Shown in pieces: positions 54,631 through 64,000 of a DNA stretch of 64,000 nt. Position 1 is the stretch's first letter, and the number at the start of each line of letters is the position of its first letter. This DNA is from Amoebidium appalachense (Eukaryota > Protista > Ichthyosporea): positions 649,968 through 713,967 of the forward strand of contig CAVNZM010000003.1 of assembly GCA_963693365.1 (NCBI GenBank), written 5' to 3'. Under the pieces are notes generated by a model. That model was not told where the DNA came from and did no database searches. It saw nothing but the letters and a program-made list of their open reading frames with translations. Position numbers and translations under genes: made by a program.

Positions 54631-55524
54631 CTATCGGGCCTCACTCTTTGCGTTCACCCTACTTGAAGGCTCTATCCGTGACGTCCACCTAAACCACCTT
54701 GCAGAATTTATGTTCGTGGTGATGTCCTTGAGTGCTTGGGGTCGGGATGGTATCTCCCACCTGGCCTGTAAAAGTTGCGTACTGAACTGATCCAAAACCT
54801 GAACTGAGACCACCAGTCTCACCATAGATGACCACCCTACGGACGCCGAGAATACATGATTGGGGTTGTAGATGGTGTAGGTCAGACACACAGCAAAGGC
54901 AAGCACTAATATGGTCATTGCCCGGACATTTGAGTACATGTCGTTAAATTTCAGAGAAGCGTGCCGTGCACGGTAGAAATAATAGAAGAGAAGGGGAGCC
55001 CAAACAGCAGCCAAGCCAGCAAGCCCGGAAACCCCATACCTCACCCCCCGAGGATGAAACCCGTCTATGGCCAACCAACAAATCATCGGTGATATGGTGA
55101 CGACATATGCAAAAACGGCCCACTTTCCCGCCCAAAATATCAACTGCTTATTGGTGAGCGGTAGTATTTTTGTACTGTACGCATGGGTTATGATTTGCTG
55201 GCGGAGCGCAAGTGTAGCAAAATAGATGGAGACGAGCCCGATTGTGATGGCAAAAGACACAAACACCAAGATGCCCGCAATTTTCACCTGATGGTTTAGG
55301 ACTTTAGGATCTCGATAGTCAAGTTCGAGTGGGAACTGGTTGAGTTGCCACAGTGTTGTTGCAGCCATCAGAAGAGAACTGATAATCAGAATCGAGGAAA
55401 CGGAAAAGATTAGAACGAGGTAGAGGTAGCCGCGGGAACGGACCACGGGATGGTGGCGATGCTTAAAGACAGCAAATGCCATCAGAATGATGAGAAAGAG
55501 TGGCACAATGGCGAAGACCACCTG

Positions 55525-55592
<68 letters not shown>

Positions 55593-55757
55593 CGCGCGCG
55601 AGTGCGCGTGCATGCGTGCCGATTTCCAACAGCTTGATGACAAGTTATAAATGGTAGCTGTTAGCAAGTACTCTTCAGATTGAATGGCCTACAAGTGCGT
55701 AATCGCACGTGCATACATGGTCACGGATGGTGGTACCGTTTGTGTGTGACAGTCACG

Positions 55758-55822
<65 letters not shown>

Positions 55823-55994
55823 CGTGTCACAGTGTGTAACAGTGTTTGTGTGTTAGTGTCGCAGACTGTGTGTACATGTGAGTACCATGTGTGTGTGTGT
55901 GTGTGTATGTGTATGCGCGCACACACACTAGCTTGCATACGTGTGTGTGTGTGTGTGCGACACTGTGCCAATTTGTGCGTGTGTTTGTGACCGT

Positions 55995-56036
<42 letters not shown>

Positions 56037-57117
56037 GTGTATGTATGTATGTGTGTGCCCGTGCGCAGACGTCTCAGCCGCCCGATGTACATACGTAGTT
56101 AAGAGAGAGTGTTCGGTACACCTTTGCTAAGCTAGGCCACTGAGAAGTAAGAAAGGGCCCGGCTCGTATGGGACATACGGGATCGAGTGCGGGCTTGGGG
56201 CAGGGGCGGATCTGTGGATGTTCACGGTCTGACGGGAATAGTATTATTATAGTTGCGTATGTGCTCAAATTCCAGCTAAGTGTTGTTTTTCTTGGCATAA
56301 GAGCCCCCTACTTTTGTGCGTGGTGTGTGGCGTGTTGTGTGTGGTGGTGTGTGTTGTGGTGTGATGGTGTGTGCTGGATGATCACAGTGGTGGTGGTGGT
56401 GGGGGGGAAGGGGGAAAAACCCACTTCGTAGTGAAATATTCTTCTTCCCCGTTCCACGACGGTCATAACAGTAGCCTTAAACACAGCCACCTGTGTGTCC
56501 AACTCACTGTTTGCACGTGCAATGGCAGTGTCATTAAGGGGGACTTGTGCAAGCACCTCTTGCAGTTGTTTTTGGGTCGCAGAGACGGCATCGGCCTGAA
56601 GACGTACGATTGCGTGTGGTGAGATGGGGGAAGCTTTGTAGCACAAGTGCAGAAAAAGGACCTCGAACCCCATTGCAATGATCAGAATGCAGAAATGTGC
56701 AATCATGCTCTGCTCGATGTATGCACGTGCGTTGGCAAGCCTTCTCTTCCTGTATTCAGCAATGATGTTGTCCCGTTGAAAATGCCTTTCGAATTCTGAA
56801 TTAGCAGGGTGGCCAACATTATAATTGACATTGATGGCTACGCAACCCTCCTTGTCGGGCACTTCTGCATGCTCGTGTGGTGTTTTTGCATTTTGTTGCT
56901 GTTGCTTGCGCTGTTGACGTTTTTCGGAATTTGACTTTGAATTCGTGGTCTCGAGGTCCAAAACATTAATGGTGGTTTCAACTTGGATGGCATCATCATT
57001 TTCAACTACAGCTGCTGTTTCCTTGTGGACTTGTGAAACCAAAACCGAGCCGACGGTAGGTATGGTTTGTGTTGTATTCGTAGCTGTGTCGATATCAGGC
57101 GTAGTGCCAGGAGCCAT
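54631..57117 (-). CDS. Class C (7tm_3, GABA-B/mGluR-like) GPCR-like membrane protein, 4 exons, about 612 aa
   Basis: Exons 57117-56425, 56307-56122, 55688-55620 and 55521-54631, all phase 0 (third intron GC-AG). The last exon has about seven hydrophobic segments with class-C-like motifs KHRHHPVVRSRGYLYLVLI (ICL1/TM2) and KFNDMYSN (cf. FNE-x-K). Confidence 0.7.
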
Positions 57118-59222
57118 TTTTCTTCTAAACTTTTCTTGGACAACCCGAGACTTCGTCTGTGTTTAATTATTTGTACTTCATTTTCCTCGTCGTGTGTGTT
57201 CATGGCCTTACTCTTAGCTATAGATAGAGGTTTCAACGATTTATATTCAACTTTGACAAGTATTTCTTCTCGATCAAGATTCTATGGCATCTTTTCCCCA
57301 ATAATCATAGCAACGCTGGATGTAAAAAACCACCTGTTCAATTGAATGTATATGTTCAACGAGTTCATGTCTTCATGTCACGGTTCCATATGATGGGCCG
57401 CGGTGTACATGTATACGTACGTATACGCGTGGGCGTAGTTTTGAGTGTAAGTTTCATGTGCACATATATTGCACTCGAGCTTGGCGTATAACTCGAATCG
57501 GTGAATGCTGGTGTTTACACACTTTTTATTGCCGTAGGCCCAGCCACATTCGACGGCCTACTGCGTTTTCCAGCACAGCCAATCAAATGCAGCCAGTGAC
57601 ATACGTACATGCGAGGCAACAATGAGCGCCATCGTAGTATATGACACCCCTATGTATTACATATTATGGGTAAGCAGAGGCTAGCATCGGTAGCTCCGAA
57701 AGAAAGTTAAGGCATCGGATCACAATATCATACTGTGCAGCATTAATAAGGTGATCTAGGATAGTCATCTTAAAACGGATATATTGAGGAAGAAAGGAAG
57801 AAAAGAGAATAAAATCGCCAATAACCTCCGGTTCTAATACATTAGCTAACAGGTTGCATTTATTGATAGATATGCAGCCGCGAGTAAACCGCCCCCCACA
57901 CATATTACACATACGAGCAGGAGACACCAGAAACCGATTACACCGCCAAGCCATAATCATCTTTGCGTTTTTACACCACACCACATTACGAATAAACGAA
58001 TCTATGTATGAACGAGACTCTCTATATAGGCTACTAGTAGTTGGTGTTTTTGAGTTAGTACCACATGTTCGCTGATGCGGGACCCGGGAGGATGTGGAGT
58101 AAACCTATCGGGGAGATTCTGCTAATTGCATTCTGAAAGTTATGTTTATCTCTTTTCTTTTTCAGCTGAAAAATGGTATCCGTGGAGTTGTATAATAAGA
58201 TTATTATTGTTTATGGTTTATATTAAGAGTCAAGCTGTATAATATGTAGCTTGACTAACATATATGGTGCACACGTGATTTGTAGGCGGAAACCTCGGTG
58301 ACGTGGTCGGCGTGGCGTAGCCATCTCGAACTCTATATAGAAGAAATACTTAAAGATATACAGTTCAAATTTCCAAACTGAAAATCTATGTACAAAGTAT
58401 TCAATATATACGTATCTTAGTAAGCACTTGCTACTGGATAACCCCTCAAGTCTTTTCCTTTATTGCCTCCTGCAAAAAAAAAATTAAGTCTGCCGTGCAT
58501 ACTTACACAATACTAAATTCGTTGTTAACTTCGGAAAAAAAAATAGGAATATCGGTTGAAATTCGAATACTTCCAGTCAAAAGAAAAAATGTGCGTCTCG
58601 AACCAATTATCATCTTGCACATACATACCTTAGGGGGTTTAAGCACATACCTTACTTTCGCCACTGAGCACACCATTTTTGGGGTTTACTTGGATGCATA
58701 TATCTTTCAACCACATACTGTTTTTTCCTTAGAATTTAGCAGTGACTGAGGAAAATACCCATTTGATGTTTTGATAAATTGGCTAAATATTTTTATTGCG
58801 TTGTGTATTTTCCTATACCTAGCGAGACATAAGACAAACAATATTTTCAAAAATTTCAAAATTTGAAAACCCGAAAATTACCTGAATCAACATTTTTCAG
58901 GACCCCCTAGTCATTTTTTTAAGAAAACCTCTCAGGGGAGGCAATCACGAGTCATCGGGTCAACTCACCAGCACCATGGCCCCGCTGCATTCCTGAGGAT
59001 CGGAATGCACTTCCTGAGCCAAAAATGGACGCCATAAAACGAGCCGGTTACTTCCCGAACCGGCTCGGCAACCTCCCGAGCCAGTTCAACTTCCTGAAAG
59101 TGACTCGGTTCGGGAAGTTCCTGAACGGTAACACCAGTGCAGCCCGCAACAGGGTTATAATATCGAACCCCGCCTGGTGGGGAAGCGCTTGGTAAGCTTA
59201 GCGCTGTGCAGCCTGTAGTCTC

Positions 59223-59271
<49 letters not shown>

Positions 59272-59329
59272 TGTTCAGGCGGGGGGCGCGGGGGGTAGGG
59301 GGTGGGGTGGGGGGGGGGGGGGGGGGGGG

Positions 59330-59361
<32 letters not shown>

Positions 59362-59509
59362 AAACGTGGGGGCAGGGGGCAGGGGCAAGGGGAGGGGGGA
59401 AGGGGGGCTGCTGCGGAAGTGGCTCAGGAAGTTAAGTTGGGGAAGGGGGGGGAGGAGGGGGTGGAAGGGGGGGAGGAGGGGGGGGGGGGGAGGGGCTTAG
59501 AAAGCTAGT

Positions 59510-59764
59510 TCAAGGAGGGGGGGGGAGGGGGGGGGAAGGAGCTGCTAGCTGGGGAAGGGGTTCAGGAAGTTGGTTCGAGGGGAGGGGGGGAGGGGGGGGG
59601 AAGAAGGGGAGGAGAGCAAGGGGGGGGGTGTTGGACATTGTGTTCATAGAAGCTAGTTCTAGTGCACGTTGTTCCTTCTCTAAGTCAGAAATGATTGCAT
59701 CTTGTGAGGCCAACCTCTGCTCCAGTAGTTGGACTAGTTGCTGCAACTGTAAGTTGTCAGACAT
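59510..59764 (-). CDS. Possible short coiled-coil ORF or exon (MSDNLQLQQLVQLLEQRLASQDAIISDLEKEQRALE)
   Basis: ATG start, heptad pattern, TATATAA on the minus strand near 59878-59884; the 3' half is poly-C repeat, so the true end is unknown. Confidence 0.3.
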   Translation of the reverse strand: MSDNLQLQQLVQLLEQRLASQDAIISDLEKEQRALELASMNTMSNTPPLALLPFFPPPPPLPSNQLPEPLPQLAAPSPPLPPPP

Positions 59765-60605
59765 AGTGTCGTGTATGATGGGTAACTAGTCTATGTGTTT
59801 TGTGCACTGGAAACGACAGTAGAAAAGTGTAAATCAAACGTTCTGCTTCCCATGTTTGTGACATGGGAGGCACTGCTTTATATAGTCGTTGGCCACCTCA
59901 TGGTGGCCTCGTGTGCACCCTGGTGGTGGGCCATGTACAGCATGGCCGAAAAGAGAGCACAATGAAAACAAGTCGTTAAAGATATAAAAGTTAACTGTGC
60001 ACGTTGAGTGGCTAGTTAACTTGCACTAAAGCACACAAATAAACGTGTTTAACACACCAATTGCAGTTAAACGTAAATCTTGCTTCACACAACTAAAAAT
60101 ATTCTGAGAATATCCGGGAATAAAGCACACTACCACTCTAAGAATAGAATCCTGTGGCAAATATAGACATGACATCATCTGAACCGGGAATATTAATTAA
60201 TGAGCACAATTAGCACGTTGCTAGTGAAGCTCGTCATTGGTACAGTTTTGGCTCAAACATATAACTACCATATATGAATATGACCGTAAACAAAAGCTCT
60301 ATGCACTCGAGTGAGTGTTGAAACAATTATTCAATTGCTCCGAAACTTTCTCTAACAGACATTGCTAGCCGGGAGTACCAGCAGGGGGGGGGGGGGGGGG
60401 GGGGGGGGGGCTGCTTGCATGAAGTGGCTCAGTAATCTGGCCCAGCCTGGGGGGAAGGGGGAGGGGAGGCGGGGGGAGGGGGCTTTTTTTTTTTTGGGGG
60501 GGGGGGGGGGGGGGGAGGGGCTCTGGGGAAGTGGCTCAGGAAGTTGGTTCAAAGGGGGGGGGGGGGGGGGGGGGGCCGGGCGGAGGGGGGGAAGGGGGGG
60601 GGGAG

Positions 60606-60792
60606 TGTTGTTTTGTACGGGTCTAAGGGAGCAGAGTGCACAGAGGTGTCATGTTAAACACGACTAACACATTAATGAGAGGGCAATCGGAGTTGTTCAC
60701 GAGACATTGAAAGATTCAAACAACAACTGATTCTTTATTGTGCTCTCGGTTCCTTTTGTACTTGCGACTTATCACCTTATCACAACTAAAGA
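60606..60792 (-). repeat. 3' ~185 bp of a copia-A LTR
   Basis: Reverse complement matches about 21665-21858 and ends ...ACAAAACAACA. Confidence 0.92.
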
Positions 60793-63557
60793 ACGACGGG
60801 GTGCAGGAACTGGGGGAGGTGGAGACGGGGGGGGGGAACTTGGAAGTTCGGAATTGCAGGGGGGGCAACCTCCGGGCTGGACGGGGCCGAGTGGAAGTTG
60901 TCGGGGGAGCCGGGTCGGATGGGTGTGACGTGGCCAGGGGCAGGATGAGGGTCGGCAGGCTGGACGGGCACGGGGGCAGGGGGGCCGGTGGGGGGGGGTG
61001 TCGGGGGAACGACGATGGCAGGAGGGGGGCCAGAGTACACCAGACAAACATCATCTTCAGTGTCAACTGTGGGGGTTGGGGTGGTCGAGGTAGCAGTGGT
61101 GTCGGGGGTCGGAAGTGTTGATGGAATGTCGGACGGGAGATAAGCTGATTCGTCGAAAATCACATCACGGAAGAGGCCGACACGATGGGTGGTGGGATTG
61201 AAGATCCGGTGGCAGTGTGATTGAAGATCATAGCCGATATACATGCCGAGTTTGACGGTGGGGGCCAGCTTGTTCCGTTTAGAGGCTGGCACATGAGTGT
61301 AGGCAGGGCAACCGAACACTTTGAGCTCGGAGATGTCGGGCTTGACACCGTAGAAAACCTCGAATGGTGTACGACCATTGGCAGTCGTGGACGGGGTGAC
61401 GTTGATGATGTAGGCGGCATGTTGGAGGGCCTCAGCCCACAGTTTGGGGGACAGAGACTGATCTTGGACTTGATGGAGGAGGCAACGAACAATCTCTTGG
61501 AGGAACCGCATACGACGTTCAACATAGCCGTTCAGTTGAGGGCAGTCCACCGGAGCATAGCTGGCCTTGATGCCCTGGGAGAGGCAATAAGCACGGGTAG
61601 CCTTGGAGGTGAACTCAGAGCCGGAGTCGAAGTGGTAGACACCAACTTTGGAGGGGGCATGGGTAGCAACGAGGTTGGTGTGAGCTGTGAGAATGTCCAG
61701 GGTGGTTGTACGGTCGGCCATCGGGTAGATCTTGACGAGTCCAGAGGCACGGCAGACAGTGACGAGAGCAACCTTGGAACCTCCGTACGATGTTGTGGTA
61801 GGCTCAAAAAAATCCCAATGCCATTCATGACCGGGGATGTTGGAGTGAGGACGGTCACCCTTGAACGGAGCCTTGGTGGTTTTACCCATAATGCAGCCAA
61901 GACAATCAGGAACATCACAGTCGAGGACAGACGAGGGGAGACCAATAACAAGGTCGTGTTTCACCATGTCCTTGATGCTGGTCATAGCACGGTGCCCCAG
62001 ACGATGGTGCCAGATGGATGGGTTAACACTGGTAGTGGCAGCCAGAGCGACAGGACGAGTGGGTGGTTGAATGGTGTAGTCCTTGAAGTAATACAGACCG
62101 TTGTGTAGACGGAGGTTGACGAGATGACGGCCGGTGAGTCGGTCGAAGAGGAATGACGGAGTGGAGGCATCATTCAAATCACCCTTGATGTATTCGGCAG
62201 CAGCTTGGGATGTTGAAATGAGGAAGGCTTGGCCAGACGGGGTGTAGTAGGCTTCAATGGTAAGGGTGGCAGTGCCATGGTCGGTGGTGGTATTGATGAC
62301 GATATGGCCGGTGTGAGTGGCCAAGACGGGGGTGCCATTGAAGGCAGCAACGGGAGTCGGTGTCGGAAGGGGAGTGAGGTCATGGAAGAACTCACGGGTG
62401 GGGCAGACAGTCATGTGCCACCCGGAATCCCAGGCAGGGTCGGAGGACACGGGGACGGAGCTAGCATTGTATGCCGAGAAAGCAAAGGAGACAGATTTCT
62501 CACTGCCTTGACGGGAACGGTTGTGTCTGGACATACGGCATTTCGGCTCAGGGCAATCGATGATCGTGTGATCAGGCTCGTGGCAGTAGGAGCATGCTTT
62601 CACGGACGGGGTGTTAGAACGAGCCGGGGAATCAGAACGACGGGAACCCGAGAAACGGGAACGACTGGGGGAACGAGACGTGGACCGGAAGGCAGGCCGG
62701 TGGGGGGAACGGGATCGGGTGTGCTGACGGGAGAGACGAGTTCGGAGGTCCGTGCCAGGGGTACGGTCAAGTCGGTTGCGTAAGTCACGGCGAGGAAGAT
62801 CACGGGGGGGAGCACTGGCATTTAATGCCATGCTGGACTTGGAGGCACGGTGGGCACGGTTGCTCCGGAGTTGCATCTTGAGGTCTTGACGTAACTCGAT
62901 GCCCTTGACGTGGTTGTGGAGGGACTCGAAGTCGGGGAATAGCTTATCACCGAAGTGATAGTCTTCGATAAGACGGTTGAACTCAGGGGTGAGGTCGTCT
63001 CTGGTGGTGAGTTCATTGAAGAACTTCTCAGCTAGACGAGTGAAGTGAATGGACTCATCTTGGAGGGACTGGAGCTGGTTCACGATGGTCTGCAGACGAC
63101 TCAGGTAGGTGGTGAATGATTCACCGGGCTGAAGGGCACAGGCATCCCACTGACGGTGAAGGATGCGGATCTGATCGGGTTTGCCTTGAAGGTAGTGTTG
63201 ACGGAATTTCCACATGGCCCGTTCAGGGTCCATGCCAATACGGTACTGGGCAACGGTGGTGAGGACGGAAGGGTCGATGTTCTGTATCATATGGAGCAGG
63301 AGGCAATTGCGGGCCTCCTTGAGTTCCACGGTAGTGCCGTAGCCATAGAAGGGGGGTTCACCGTCAACCGCGACGGTGGTAGGGGGGACGTAGTTGTCAG
63401 CAAGTACAACATCCACGAGTCGGACACCTTTAGTGCCGGTCATCATGCCGAGAAAAATGATTTCCCATTGAAAATAGGTGGTTTTGCTATCGGGACCAGT
63501 CTTCCCTTCACCTTTCCACATGGTTATTTTGTTTACACCAGTTTTGTTTGGATCCAT
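60786..63557 (-). CDS. Copia family B Gag-protease-integrase, truncated before RT
   Basis: 923 aa; CSYCHEPDHTIIDC knuckle, WDSG protease, WHHRLGH...CLGC, DSGSEF, QLNGYVER; integrase highly similar to copia-A. Confidence 0.92.
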   Translation of the reverse strand: MDPNKTGVNKITMWKGEGKTGPDSKTTYFQWEIIFLGMMTGTKGVRLVDVVLADNYVPPTTVAVDGEPPFYGYGTTVELKEARNCLLLHMIQNIDPSVLTTVAQYRIGMDPERAMWKFRQHYLQGKPDQIRILHRQWDACALQPGESFTTYLSRLQTIVNQLQSLQDESIHFTRLAEKFFNELTTRDDLTPEFNRLIEDYHFGDKLFPDFESLHNHVKGIELRQDLKMQLRSNRAHRASKSSMALNASAPPRDLPRRDLRNRLDRTPGTDLRTRLSRQHTRSRSPHRPAFRSTSRSPSRSRFSGSRRSDSPARSNTPSVKACSYCHEPDHTIIDCPEPKCRMSRHNRSRQGSEKSVSFAFSAYNASSVPVSSDPAWDSGWHMTVCPTREFFHDLTPLPTPTPVAAFNGTPVLATHTGHIVINTTTDHGTATLTIEAYYTPSGQAFLISTSQAAAEYIKGDLNDASTPSFLFDRLTGRHLVNLRLHNGLYYFKDYTIQPPTRPVALAATTSVNPSIWHHRLGHRAMTSIKDMVKHDLVIGLPSSVLDCDVPDCLGCIMGKTTKAPFKGDRPHSNIPGHEWHWDFFEPTTTSYGGSKVALVTVCRASGLVKIYPMADRTTTLDILTAHTNLVATHAPSKVGVYHFDSGSEFTSKATRAYCLSQGIKASYAPVDCPQLNGYVERRMRFLQEIVRCLLHQVQDQSLSPKLWAEALQHAAYIINVTPSTTANGRTPFEVFYGVKPDISELKVFGCPAYTHVPASKRNKLAPTVKLGMYIGYDLQSHCHRIFNPTTHRVGLFRDVIFDESAYLPSDIPSTLPTPDTTATSTTPTPTVDTEDDVCLVYSGPPPAIVVPPTPPPTGPPAPVPVQPADPHPAPGHVTPIRPGSPDNFHSAPSSPEVAPPAIPNFQVPPPRLHLPQFLHPVVL

Positions 63558-64000
63558 GATTGAAAAACGAGCGCGAGTTCTAGATGTGTGTAGGGAGCGT
63601 GCAAAAGGGCTGCATAACCTGTTAATAACCTGTTAAATTGTATAAGTATTTGGGATGTAAGCAGAGACACAGTGGTGCAGTGTGAAAACACCACAGACAC
63701 ACACAACAACAAAACACGGAACGATCGGAGCAGTGTACACAACAGACATCAATGTTTAGACACGACTGAACTGAATTTATTCTGATCTTCGAATAAATAC
63801 CTGAAATTCCTCTAAGTCCAATCCATACATGATTTCCGACCAGTCGGAAATCAGATCTATCTCTAATAGAAACCAATCACTAAGAACCAATTGCTTTCAG
63901 AGAGATCCGGTACGCGGAGACGCACACGATAGGACACAGACACTAGTTAAGGTCAACTCGTGTCATCATCAAGGAAGTTCTAACCTATGACATACTGCAA
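60793..64000 (-). mobile_element. Ty1/copia family B, 3'-truncated; 5' LTR runs off the window
   Basis: LTR end ...TTAACA at 63620/63631, then PBS GGTTATGCAGCCC (63607-63619), then gag ATG at 63557. Confidence 0.88.

Noticed and set aside
57664-58020. 106-aa minus-strand ORF upstream of the GPCR-like gene
   Set aside because: No ATG start or recognisable motif and no supported splice link; cannot be called.

Overview
Eukaryotic DNA rich in microsatellites and transposable elements. The animal-like CDC73 and the intron style suggest a unicellular holozoan such as an ichthyosporean, but this is inference only. Most ORF-track calls are translations of (CA)n, (GA)n and poly-C/G repeats and are not genes. 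(1) A complete 16-exon CDC73/parafibromin gene at 1489-20123 (+, 484 aa), hidden as 24-138 bp exons among microsatellite-filled introns; many acceptors are (CA)n-AG rather than polypyrimidine-AG. (2) A full-length Ty1/copia element at 20922-28065, a solo LTR of the same family, and a truncated second copia family at the right end. (3) A 5'-truncated Ty3/gypsy element with a chromodomain at about 28600-35120. (4) A DIRS/PAT-type retroelement (RT-RNaseH-methyltransferase, minus strand) split next to the first RNase H Asp codon by a 10.8 kb non-autonomous DNA transposon. That transposon has CATCAGCAAAC termini and a 2-bp TSD, and carries a 183-bp satellite and the solo LTR. (5) A 4-exon class-C-GPCR-like gene at 54631-57117 (-). 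(6) An orphan 193-aa intronless ORF and a tRNA-Gly-derived SINE-like element. The most unusual signals are about 50 sense-strand ACGAA pentamers through the gypsy gag-pol, near absence of CGC/GCG in both copia families, hammerhead-like motifs in intronic repeats, and palindromic footprints at one LTR site. All counts were made by eye.
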